Shown here: positions 36,927 to 46,421 of the stretch, piece after piece
Layout of the letters: the number at the start of each line of letters is the position of its first letter
Position numbering within the stretch: the stretch's first letter is position 1
DNA from: an uncultured virus (IMG/VR IMGVR_UViG_3300021399_000142)
Taxonomy: Duplodnaviria; Heunggongvirae; Uroviricota; Caudoviricetes
Length of the DNA: 64,000 nucleotides
Strand: one strand, 5' to 3'
Virus record (IMG/VR): IMGVR_UViG_3300021399_000142
Position numbers and translations under genes: made by a program
The notes under the pieces: generated by a model
What the model saw: only the letters and a program-made list of their open reading frames with translations
Databases searched by the model: none
What the model was told of the DNA's origin: nothing

Positions 36927-39623
36927 TTATACCTCAGCTTTATATGTTCCTTGCATATCAACATAGTAGTAAGTAACAGAAACATCTGTCGATGCATTTA
37001 AGATGTAATGATTCTTGTCATCAAGAACATCTTCTGTAACAATCTCTTCCGAAAGAGTTGCATCGTCATACGGTGTCTTTAAGTATCTCTTACCAATATA
37101 TTGAATAGCAGTGATATTACTTAATTCATAAAGTCTTAACACACCTGTATCACCAACTTCATGATATTGCATCTCTGTTTCAACGCCATCTCTGATACCA
37201 AATACAGTGTGCGGATTCGCCTCAATCTCAATACTTGAAATTGTTGAAAGGCGTCTAAAAGTTGAAGAAGATTCTATATAATGTTGATAGTAGATTGTAT
37301 TATAAATTGATTCTCCCGGAGCCACTTCTTCATAGAACTGACCAATTCCGCGGATAGGAGTTCTCTCTTGAATCTCGTGAGCTGAATATACTTCTGTCGA
37401 TAATCCATATACGAAATCAATAGTCGCATCTACCGCAGTAACCAGACCTTCCGCATCCCCTAAGAGATAAAGGCTATCATTAGTAAGCGGGTTGCCTGTA
37501 TAATAAAATTTCAATAAACTATCAAACTCATACATGCCACGGGGGTCGTAGATTGTAATTAACTGTTCTCCACTCCCACCGCTGTAATTAAGTAACATAT
37601 TATTACCTAATACTAAAGCACCCTGATTATTATAAATTCTTAACTGATGACCTGGCATAAATTGAGGTTCGAGGGCTCCATCCGGCAAATAGTAATAACC
37701 ATTAATTGTAATACAAACTCTTTCAATTCTAACAAGTTTTCTTCTATAGCCACCATAATTTCTACCTTGGCTATCATATTTTTCATATATCTTTTTAAAT
37801 ACATTATCGTTTGCTGAGAAACTTCCATCAACTTGTCCAATATGATAAGTTACTGCAGCGAGGCTTGCGCTGTAGCTACCTGGATTATAAAATCCATATT
37901 TAAGATAGTTAGTCATTGTGTTCTCATCTATTTCATGTGCGTTTGCGGTTAATGAATAAATCATTCTATCCAAACTCTGATTTGGAGTACAGTTTATATC
38001 CATTAATCTCACGATAATATTTCCTTCTGTTGGTGACTTAAATAATTTTGGTTTACCATCTTGAAGGAAATCTAAGACGAGTTTTCTAAAATCGCGTTCA
38101 TACGTATAATCATATATTTGACGACCATTTTCTACTGTATAATTATCATAAAGATTAACTACATCAGTATATTTATACACATCTTTTTTACCATTATGTA
38201 AGAAAGTATTATTTTCGTCCATTTGAAATGAAATTAACGCACCAATAGGAAAGGTTCTATAATTAACTGCGGCATTGCGGCTAATGAATGGGAACTGACT
38301 TCCAATTGTATCTTTCTTACTATCGTAAATCTGATATTTGAAACTTGATATTGTATTATTAAACTGGAGTTTAAGCTGTTGATTGTCTTGCCCTAAAATA
38401 AAAGAGTATGTGAATAATCTTTGAATAGGTCGAGTAATTTCAACAACAACTCCACGCGTTCCATCTTTATCAATAGATTGAATACCATATTTATACCAAA
38501 CTCCACTTTGAATTGTGTAATCGTATATCACATCAAGAGAGTTAAGGTTCTCTTCCTTAACTGTAAATATCTTAATATCTTCCCAAGTCTGAAAGTTGTC
38601 TTCTTGAGAAGCTCTACGTATACAGATATTGCCAGACCAGAGTTCTGTACTTGGAGAATAAATCTTCAAAGCAATTCGTCCTTCATCTTCTTCTTCATCA
38701 AGAGAAGTAATGTTAGTGAGAAGTCCCTGAGTATCCGCATCAACTGTAACTAACTGAGCATTAATAATCTCTGTTGCTAAATTCTCAATCATAAAGTTGA
38801 ATTTAATAGGTGCGGGAAGGGTATATTCATTTTCAGTTTTATATGTCACATATAAAGTATATTGAGCGTCTTCTCTAAGATTTGTTTTAAATGAATAAGA
38901 AAAATAGGTATTACTTTGTTCCATCTTATAAATTTCTCCAGTATCTTCCAATAAATCCTCTCCTAGATAGAGAGTAAATCGGACATACTCAAAGTCTTCA
39001 TTTGCTTCAGCAATTTTACTTTCAAGTGTTCCAAACAAATCCATTTCTGAAATTGTGTGAATAGTATTTTCATCATAATGACTTGTCAAGTCTCCATCGT
39101 CATAATTAAAAATTGGAATTTTTAATACCATTGGAGAGATTGCTTTCGTATAACAAATAGTTGACCATTCAGAAAAACTATTTGAGAACTCTTGTAACCA
39201 GGCTTCTTGTCTTGGATATAATGTGGGATTATACGCAACTGTACTTAATCTTAATTGGATTTTGTAAGTCCAGCCTGGAATCCATCCCGCGAATGTTGTC
39301 CCACTTAACGTTACTAAAGATTTTAAATCTGAATTATTAATTGTGATATAATAAAGATTATCTTCTGTTTCGCTTTTTGTTGGAACTAAATTTAAAATGA
39401 TACCTGTTGCGCGATAGCGTTTATTTACAATATCATTATTTGTATTTAAAACTTTTACCCCGTCTTGTCTATATATTTGAGCATGCACTGTAAGCTCAGT
39501 GCCGGCAGGAATGTTTGAAAGACGGCTTAAAGAAAAATACACCCTTAATGAAGAGCTAGAACCTGCAATAAAAGCAGGTTCATAAGAATTCACTAGGGGT
39601 GGGTATAATGTAGATGATGCCAT
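36927..39623 (-). CDS. Distal tail / baseplate protein with Ig/Fn3-like region
   Basis: YDYTIQSGVWYKYGIQ and FLQDGKPKLFKSPTEGNIIVRL (Dit-like) segments; synteny. Confidence 0.55.
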   Translation of the reverse strand: MASSTLYPPLVNSYEPAFIAGSSSSLRVYFSLSRLSNIPAGTELTVHAQIYRQDGVKVLNTNNDIVNKRYRATGIILNLVPTKSETEDNLYYITINNSDLKSLVTLSGTTFAGWIPGWTYKIQLRLSTVAYNPTLYPRQEAWLQEFSNSFSEWSTICYTKAISPMVLKIPIFNYDDGDLTSHYDENTIHTISEMDLFGTLESKIAEANEDFEYVRFTLYLGEDLLEDTGEIYKMEQSNTYFSYSFKTNLREDAQYTLYVTYKTENEYTLPAPIKFNFMIENLATEIINAQLVTVDADTQGLLTNITSLDEEEDEGRIALKIYSPSTELWSGNICIRRASQEDNFQTWEDIKIFTVKEENLNSLDVIYDYTIQSGVWYKYGIQSIDKDGTRGVVVEITRPIQRLFTYSFILGQDNQQLKLQFNNTISSFKYQIYDSKKDTIGSQFPFISRNAAVNYRTFPIGALISFQMDENNTFLHNGKKDVYKYTDVVNLYDNYTVENGRQIYDYTYERDFRKLVLDFLQDGKPKLFKSPTEGNIIVRLMDINCTPNQSLDRMIYSLTANAHEIDENTMTNYLKYGFYNPGSYSASLAAVTYHIGQVDGSFSANDNVFKKIYEKYDSQGRNYGGYRRKLVRIERVCITINGYYYLPDGALEPQFMPGHQLRIYNNQGALVLGNNMLLNYSGGSGEQLITIYDPRGMYEFDSLLKFYYTGNPLTNDSLYLLGDAEGLVTAVDATIDFVYGLSTEVYSAHEIQERTPIRGIGQFYEEVAPGESIYNTIYYQHYIESSSTFRRLSTISSIEIEANPHTVFGIRDGVETEMQYHEVGDTGVLRLYELSNITAIQYIGKRYLKTPYDDATLSEEIVTEDVLDDKNHYILNASTDVSVTYYYVDMQGTYKAEV

Positions 39624-39684
39624 CTGGGCCTACCTCCTTTAATCTCTTCTTTATAAAAAATTAATTCTAAATTAACTAAATGTT

Positions 39685-40158
39685 TTACATATCTTTTTGT
39701 GGATGGTGTGGTAGTGCTCTTATTTCATTTACAAGCCCTTCCACATAAGAATTACCATTTTCTTTCTTGTAATCATCAAATCTTTTTTCTATGGTGTCCA
39801 TAGTAAAGTCATCTACCCAGCCAGCTTCTATAAGTTGATGATGTTTTTCAACCATCCAGCTTTTTATATCATGCATATCTGACTGTGTAAGTTGTATTAA
39901 CTGAGAATCTATGCTTTCCATTCTGTTTTCCATTCTTTGACTAAAACTCATTAAAGCATCTAATTGGTCTTTTAATTCATTATATTTCTCTTCGGTGTCC
40001 TCTTCTTTTTCCAGAGCCGAATGATCTTTATTAAATTTTTTATTGTACTTTTCACGCCCCCACTCAACAAAGTCCACTGCACTTTTTACAGCAAATAATA
40101 ACATTACACAAAAAATTAATATTTGTTCAACTGAGTACGCTTTTAATAATTCTAACAA
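39685..40158 (-). CDS. Membrane-anchored coiled-coil protein (holin-like/lysis accessory)
   Basis: One N-terminal TM segment, coiled coil, C-terminal YKKENGNSYV motif; adjacent to the holin. Confidence 0.5.
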   Translation of the reverse strand: MLELLKAYSVEQILIFCVMLLFAVKSAVDFVEWGREKYNKKFNKDHSALEKEEDTEEKYNELKDQLDALMSFSQRMENRMESIDSQLIQLTQSDMHDIKSWMVEKHHQLIEAGWVDDFTMDTIEKRFDDYKKENGNSYVEGLVNEIRALPHHPQKDM

Positions 40159-40182
40159 TTTTTACACTCCTTCATCTTATAT

Positions 40183-40223
40183 ATATAAAATTATAAATAA
40201 GATTTTTAATTTATTTTGCCCTA
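40183..40223 (-). promoter_or_regulatory. Putative phage late promoter motif
   Basis: TAGGGCAA-N25-TTTTATAT on the - strand. Confidence 0.5.
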
Positions 40224-40262
40224 AAAATAAAGGCGGGAAGGCATTTAATCTACCTTCCCGCA
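40223..40262 (-). terminator. Terminator after the holin
   Basis: GCGGGAAGG/CCTTCCCGC stem with a T tract on the - strand. Confidence 0.7.
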
Positions 40263-40267
40263 CACTT

Positions 40268-40597
40268 CTATGCTTTTACATAGTCGTTAATATTCTTATT
40301 AGTTTCAAGCTCTGCTCTCATCCATTCTAGTGCCTCATCTACCCAATCTGAAAATGTATCAAATGAAATAAGAGCCACAATCCAAGGGAATTGTTCTACT
40401 GCTTTGTCATACACATATCTAAGCTTAAGTTGTCCTGTACCAGAACCAAGAGCCTTTTCTGCTTCAACAACAGCGTATTTAAGCCACTGCTTTAAGTTTG
40501 AAATTTTCTTTTCAGTAGGTAATTTGAAAAAACCTATGAACATTGCGATTACTGCGATTAATGCAATAATCAAAGCTACGATAATCTGTGGATTCAT
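40268..40597 (-). CDS. Holin (LL-H-like family)
   Basis: N-terminal TM segment; WLKYAVVEAEKALGSGTGQLKLRYVYD. Confidence 0.75.
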   Translation of the reverse strand: MNPQIIVALIIALIAVIAMFIGFFKLPTEKKISNLKQWLKYAVVEAEKALGSGTGQLKLRYVYDKAVEQFPWIVALISFDTFSDWVDEALEWMRAELETNKNINDYVKA

Positions 40598-40770
40598 TAT
40601 TTGTCCTCACTTTCTTTTGTTTCTATTGGTTTTTGAAGTAAACCAGTTTTAGCCATACGGAGAGTGTCTTCGACATCCCTCCATAGGTCTTTTGTTACAA
40701 ATAAAATTGCCTCGAGCGGCAACCCTGACTCATTACAGCAGTCTAATAGTTTTTGTTTAAGTTCTTCCAT
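40597..40770 (-). CDS. Hypothetical protein (57 aa, not in ORF track)
   Basis: MEELKQKLLDCCNESGLPLEAILFV...; RBS present; TAATG coupling to the holin. Confidence 0.65.
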   Translation of the reverse strand: MEELKQKLLDCCNESGLPLEAILFVTKDLWRDVEDTLRMAKTGLLQKPIETKESEDK

Positions 40771-40790
40771 CCTTTTATCTCCTTTATAGA

Positions 40791-43700
40791 TTATTTTGCC
40801 TTAAAATTATCTCTTACCCATTGCTTAAGATCTTCATCATGCACGCCGCAAACATCATTTGTCCATTCTGATAGGGTTCTGTCTCCTACGAACATTGCAC
40901 TGGAATTTGCGACAGTAAAATTATTGGACTTAACCTCTCCGCTAAGAGTTAGAGTATCTCCCACACCGCCAATATTCGTACACTGAATACCACCTCGTAC
41001 GACTATTCCATCACTTTCAACATTAAGGCCACTTACGTGTGGGTGAACTGTCGATCCCCCCATTTCAAAAAAGCCGCCACCATTATAAATTTCAATACGA
41101 CCATTAGAATGCAAAGTCGTATTTCCTGTTGAGCTAGAAATAGCATTTGAAGTAGTATTCCAACCACCAATAGAACCAGAAGTAGCTTTAATTACACCTG
41201 TTATATCAGCATTCCTTGCGGTTAGTTGACCTTCAGTTGAAACTTGAAAACCATTCCCCCAATCAAGAGAAGACTTAGCTTGAGGGTTTGTAATTGTTAA
41301 ACCATCCTCATTAAGAACAAAACCTTGACCAGATATTGTTCCATCAGCTGCGTTTAATGTAATAGTACCTCCAGTTAAAGTATTGATTCCAATAGTCCAA
41401 CCACCAATATAACCTGTACCATTAGCAGTGATATTATTAAAAGTGGCACTGCCTCTGTAAATACTCCAATTATCACCAGATATATTACCCGTAGAATTAA
41501 TAGTGATACCGTTGGCAGACAAAGCACTATTACTAATAGACCATCCACCTATAACGCCGCCTTCTCTAGCAATCAAATGTTTGGCAACTAAATTACCGCT
41601 ATTATCTACTGCAAATTTATTACCAAGCCTTATACCATCTGTTCCGATATAAACTTGATTTGAATTACCTCCAATAGAGTAGCTATTTACATCTCCTAAA
41701 TTGCTAGATGAAAATTCTGTCGTATTATATGCGATATAAGAATGACCGTTTGAACCATCAATAGCCCAATGTCTTTGTGAACCATCTTCGGAAGTAGCTC
41801 CTAAACCAAGTTGCATCTTTCCATCTGCGTCAATACGAGCTTTTGCCCCAATTGAAAGACCATCTTGTGATAGGTAAAAACCTCTAGAAGTTGCTCCAAT
41901 TGTAGAGTGAGAACCAGAATAAATCTTTCCTGGAGTTGAAGCGGTATATATCTTGTTTCCTCTACTATCATATCCTGAAAAAGTAGCGCCAGAGTCTAAT
42001 ACCATTCTACCAGCGGCAACCGATATTTTACTATAAATACTAGAATCATTAATATTCCAACCCGCTATATTTCCACCACCTGTGGCAGTGATTTTTCCAC
42101 TCGAGTCTACGACAAAATTACCTGAGCCATATCGTATCTCTGGAGTAGTTAAGTCGATTTGCATTCCAGCCCTGTCCGCAATAGAATAATTACCAGATTT
42201 AATAATTGCTTTGTTATTACTTGGATCTATAATAATTTGTCCATCTCCGCTTACTCCAAAAGTAGCAGAACCATCTTGAGCATTCAAGAAAATACTTTGT
42301 TTACCTGAGCTATATCCAAATAGACCAATTTGTTGTCCTATTGTACTCTTCTCTGCGACTTGCTTAACGCCAATAGTCACACCAGTAAATGAGTTATCTG
42401 ACTCTTTTTTACCAGCACCAACCTGTGGAGCGATAAGATAACCATCCCCTGTTTCTAGCTTGTTTCCATCCCAGCCATTAAGGTTACTTAATTCATATCT
42501 ATTAAATATCATAATGATAGGCTTAATGTGAACAATATTCACTGAATTTTCTGGCAATAACATATTACCAATAACTATAGCGCGATTCTTAAGTGTTGTG
42601 ATTGTGTCCTCAATTAAAGTAATTGTAGACGCATATCCGCCTTCGTGATAGAATGTAATATAGTATATCAAATTCTCATACATAGGTTTGAGCACTTTTT
42701 CCAAAAGGTCTGTATAACTATCAGATGCATATACAGATGCAGTTTCCACGTATTGCTTTAGTGTAGCGTGCAATGCAGAATATCTATAACTCTCTTCACT
42801 AATTCCTGCAAAAGATTTTTCTAAATCAAGCCACTTTTCATTATTAACAAAGTTTTTTAATTCATTTATAATATCATATACAGTATCTTCTGCTGATACA
42901 ATAGAACTTGATATTAAATTATTATATGCTTCTGCATATACTCCATTTACCGTATTGTTATAAATATCAATCATATCATTGATTGAAAAATAACAGCTGC
43001 GAGGATTGTCTGTTAAATCAATTTTTTGACCAATAGTTAAGCTCTGTGGAGTTCTAGTTTTAATTTTTTCAATGATTTGAGTTGAAGTACCTAACTTAGA
43101 ACATAAAACGGCTAATTCTGCCACAGTATTTATTCTATCTTGAATTAACTGATAGACTATAGATATTTTTTCATCTATTGTACCATTCTCATAATATCTA
43201 TAAGTGTCTGCAAAATTTGATAAACGATTCGCATATTTAACCAAATCTCTCGCACTATTTATAATTTTAGTTTTGACATTATAAAAATTAGCCACTGCAG
43301 TGACTCTTCTTACATAATCATTATAATCAAAATTTCCAAAGATGTCAAGATTATCCTGTAACGTTTGATAGTAAATGCGGCGGTTGGTCTCTGTCGTTAA
43401 TTGAGTATTTAATAGAGCTAGCTCATCTTGAAGATGACCTGTTTTTTCTGCGCTTCTCTCCATCTGTGCCCTAACATAATTTTTAGCAACTCCATTATCA
43501 TATTTGGATGTAGGCGTCACTTTACAGTTCGGCTCTGTGCTAGAACTAACCTTCATATTAGAACTTGAAGACCAAGTATAATCATAAAGATTGTCAATAT
43601 CATCCCCATATGCCGCGTCTACTATATAAAAGTTCTCGCTATTGTCATATTGAGGATTAGTTCCGTCAGATGCGTAAAGAACCTTTGAGAAACCGCCTTC

Positions 43701-46271
43701 CATACTTGGAAGACAACTTTGTAAATAAATATGTTTCGCCACATAAGTACATTCAATAGGATAATAAGCATAAACATATTCTTCGCTATCTGTTTGAGAA
43801 GCTAATGTAGATGCTCGTCTCGCATTTACTTTCGCCTCAATTGTTGCACAAAAATTCTGCCCTACGTCTGTCCACTTATTACCATTCAAGGTAATCAATC
43901 CTGAAGATGAAATATCAATAGGCGAAACAATAGCGTCCGGACTGTAAGAGTAGTTATTATCGAAGATACTAAAAATAGTATCCCCACTTCCCACAGACTC
44001 GCCATCCGCATAAAGTGTAGTTCCTAGTTGAATTGAACTAAACTCAGAATATTGTCCAGGTTGACTAGGAGTATATAAATACCAAGTATCATTATCACGA
44101 GCATAAACTAATTGTAATTTATGAGTAAAACCATTAATATCCACTTCTCCATATCCGTAACCATCATAAGTAACAATAGCTGAATATTTAGAGCCATTAG
44201 TTCCACCTTCTCCATCTTTAAGGAACTGAAGTGTTACCGCGGTTTTTGCTTCTTCTTTTAAGACAGCAGAAGGAGCAGACGCCTTGACAATAATAGTATT
44301 ATTTGTCTTAGTTTTATTATATGTATTCGCAATTCCATATGATAAAGTTTTATAACCATTAATATATCTTCCACTTATTGTATAATAACCTGGATTAGAT
44401 GTAGTGTCTGTTTTCTGGTCTTGGGTCAAAGTAATCATGCTTTGAGTAGGTATTAACCAAGTTATAGTTGTCACTGCGTATTCGCTTGTGGTCAACTCTG
44501 TACCATCTTCTTTGAACACACTAACATTAAGTGGAGTAATTCCCTTGAGTGCGCTGGTCAAAGGACCGTCGTAATCCGCCACCATAGGAGAGTCGCCATC
44601 CGCATCATATTTATATAACTTATCTCCATTAGATACTACGATACGAGCGATAGTAGCTTCTCCTGTTGTAACCGTTAGCCATACAGTACCAATAGTCTGA
44701 CGTCTGACCGTATTCATAGTAGGAGTATCTACATATACTGTACAAGCGACAGTATTAGATTCATCTAATTCGCTAACCGGATAAGAGATTGTTGTGACAA
44801 AACTATCATCAATCTTTTGGTTAAAAGTTTTAATAGTGTAGAAATCATTATCTAGATATTTTCCTTTTTTATCAAATCTCTGCCAAGCGTATCCTACAAC
44901 AAAAGAAGGATTAGTTACATCGGTAATACCAGACTCTTTATAAGTTATTTTAAGTTCTACATCACCCACTCCAACGGGATAAACTGTAAAACCAGAAGTG
45001 GTTGTTAACTCAACTGTTGCATTACTTGCGAGGTTCTTAATCGTTGTAGTTGCAGAAAAAGTATTATCATTTTTAACTAATACACATTTAAAACGTGTAT
45101 CACAATGCGTCTCTGACTGGAATACAGTCTGAGTATATACGTTAGTTATATATTGGTAACTATTCGTACCATCATCATTAGTTGTCTTCTTGCTTACCTT
45201 ATTTAAGATTTCCCAACCTACTCCACCAAACTTTTGGAATTTATCACTCGTCGCATCTATTAAGACATTCTCTTTGAACCAATAGCAATCAAAGTTGCTA
45301 ACTTGTGTCACTTTCCCATTTAAATATGCGGTAACTGATAAAGTCTTGGTGTCGCCTGTGCGCGAAGCTAAGAAGCTCGTACCCTCTGTTGATGTTATAG
45401 TTGCAAAGTATCCTGTCTTATTTTCATCTGATATTTCAGCCACAGATAATAATTGAATATTTTTAATCCAAATATCATCTAATGCAGTTTGGTCTTCTCC
45501 TAAAAACCCTACAACAAAAGAACGAATACGAGGTTGCTGACTTTCGTTATAAATCATATCCTCTGGCAGTTCAAAATAAAAATTCTGTAGTGTCGGAACT
45601 TGTAAATTATACGCATCGCCAGTAATGTTATTTATATCCATTACAACACTGTAATATTTTGATACTACTGTTCCATCAATTACTTGTTTAATAGGTATAT
45701 CTAAAATAAGACCATAGTTTCCCTTACTTCTTCTCTCTTTTACAATATTTGTTTGAATTTTACAAGTAAAATTAAAAGCGCGGGAGTCGGCAAGTGCGCT
45801 CTGGAATAGAGCCGAGAATCCTGTGGTATCAACTGATACAATGGGACTTGGGTCTGTTCCCGATGGGTCTGCATCGTGGGGTTTATAAGAACATAAAGCT
45901 ACGTCCGCCACATTTACAAAAAGATTTCCTCCAAGAGTAACATAAGAGTGTCCATCGTTGGTTACAGCATAGGCTGCGGTTGATGGTGTTACTGGGGAAA
46001 GGATAACTTTGTTTTTATCAAAGTTACCATTTGGTACAATTACATATACCTTATCTCCTACTGCATATGTAATTTCCGTATGAGCAGTAGTAGCATCGAA
46101 TTTATTGCCTAAGTATAAAACCTTATAAGTGCCGAGGCCTTCATCTAATACTTCTACAATCTCAGCTTCAATTGTCAAAGTCGCATCTTGTGCTTGTGCA
46201 CTTGAATTTGCGATTGCTTTCATTGCAGATGTTAAAGCGTTAGCCACTTCACTCTGTGTAGTTGAACTCAT
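40791..46271 (-). CDS. Large tail tip / central fibre-spike protein
   Basis: 1826 aa: N-terminal OB-like segment, Ig-like beta region, central helical insert, C-terminal GxIGGWxI beta repeats; directly after the TMP. Confidence 0.65.
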   Translation of the reverse strand: MSSTTQSEVANALTSAMKAIANSSAQAQDATLTIEAEIVEVLDEGLGTYKVLYLGNKFDATTAHTEITYAVGDKVYVIVPNGNFDKNKVILSPVTPSTAAYAVTNDGHSYVTLGGNLFVNVADVALCSYKPHDADPSGTDPSPIVSVDTTGFSALFQSALADSRAFNFTCKIQTNIVKERRSKGNYGLILDIPIKQVIDGTVVSKYYSVVMDINNITGDAYNLQVPTLQNFYFELPEDMIYNESQQPRIRSFVVGFLGEDQTALDDIWIKNIQLLSVAEISDENKTGYFATITSTEGTSFLASRTGDTKTLSVTAYLNGKVTQVSNFDCYWFKENVLIDATSDKFQKFGGVGWEILNKVSKKTTNDDGTNSYQYITNVYTQTVFQSETHCDTRFKCVLVKNDNTFSATTTIKNLASNATVELTTTSGFTVYPVGVGDVELKITYKESGITDVTNPSFVVGYAWQRFDKKGKYLDNDFYTIKTFNQKIDDSFVTTISYPVSELDESNTVACTVYVDTPTMNTVRRQTIGTVWLTVTTGEATIARIVVSNGDKLYKYDADGDSPMVADYDGPLTSALKGITPLNVSVFKEDGTELTTSEYAVTTITWLIPTQSMITLTQDQKTDTTSNPGYYTISGRYINGYKTLSYGIANTYNKTKTNNTIIVKASAPSAVLKEEAKTAVTLQFLKDGEGGTNGSKYSAIVTYDGYGYGEVDINGFTHKLQLVYARDNDTWYLYTPSQPGQYSEFSSIQLGTTLYADGESVGSGDTIFSIFDNNYSYSPDAIVSPIDISSSGLITLNGNKWTDVGQNFCATIEAKVNARRASTLASQTDSEEYVYAYYPIECTYVAKHIYLQSCLPSMEGGFSKVLYASDGTNPQYDNSENFYIVDAAYGDDIDNLYDYTWSSSSNMKVSSSTEPNCKVTPTSKYDNGVAKNYVRAQMERSAEKTGHLQDELALLNTQLTTETNRRIYYQTLQDNLDIFGNFDYNDYVRRVTAVANFYNVKTKIINSARDLVKYANRLSNFADTYRYYENGTIDEKISIVYQLIQDRINTVAELAVLCSKLGTSTQIIEKIKTRTPQSLTIGQKIDLTDNPRSCYFSINDMIDIYNNTVNGVYAEAYNNLISSSIVSAEDTVYDIINELKNFVNNEKWLDLEKSFAGISEESYRYSALHATLKQYVETASVYASDSYTDLLEKVLKPMYENLIYYITFYHEGGYASTITLIEDTITTLKNRAIVIGNMLLPENSVNIVHIKPIIMIFNRYELSNLNGWDGNKLETGDGYLIAPQVGAGKKESDNSFTGVTIGVKQVAEKSTIGQQIGLFGYSSGKQSIFLNAQDGSATFGVSGDGQIIIDPSNNKAIIKSGNYSIADRAGMQIDLTTPEIRYGSGNFVVDSSGKITATGGGNIAGWNINDSSIYSKISVAAGRMVLDSGATFSGYDSRGNKIYTASTPGKIYSGSHSTIGATSRGFYLSQDGLSIGAKARIDADGKMQLGLGATSEDGSQRHWAIDGSNGHSYIAYNTTEFSSSNLGDVNSYSIGGNSNQVYIGTDGIRLGNKFAVDNSGNLVAKHLIAREGGVIGGWSISNSALSANGITINSTGNISGDNWSIYRGSATFNNITANGTGYIGGWTIGINTLTGGTITLNAADGTISGQGFVLNEDGLTITNPQAKSSLDWGNGFQVSTEGQLTARNADITGVIKATSGSIGGWNTTSNAISSSTGNTTLHSNGRIEIYNGGGFFEMGGSTVHPHVSGLNVESDGIVVRGGIQCTNIGGVGDTLTLSGEVKSNNFTVANSSAMFVGDRTLSEWTNDVCGVHDEDLKQWVRDNFKAK

Positions 46272-46302
46272 GCGAAAACCTCCTTTTTTCTCTCTTCAAG
46301 AA

Positions 46303-46343
46303 ATATGAAAAGAGTAGAGTGAAAATTGATATAACTTGCCCAA
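46303..46343 (-). promoter_or_regulatory. Putative phage late promoter motif
   Basis: TTGGGCAA-N25-TTTCATAT on the - strand. Confidence 0.55.
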
Positions 46344-46355
46344 TAGAAAGGCAAT

Positions 46356-46413
46356 AAAAAAGGCGGGGACCCAGTCCCACCCCCGTATTAGAGTAGTCCA
46401 GGTCCCCGCTTTT
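46356..46413. terminator. Terminator after the tape measure gene
   Basis: AAAAAGGCGGGGACC...GGTCCCCGCTTTT. Confidence 0.7.
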
Positions 46414-46421
46414 AATTTATT

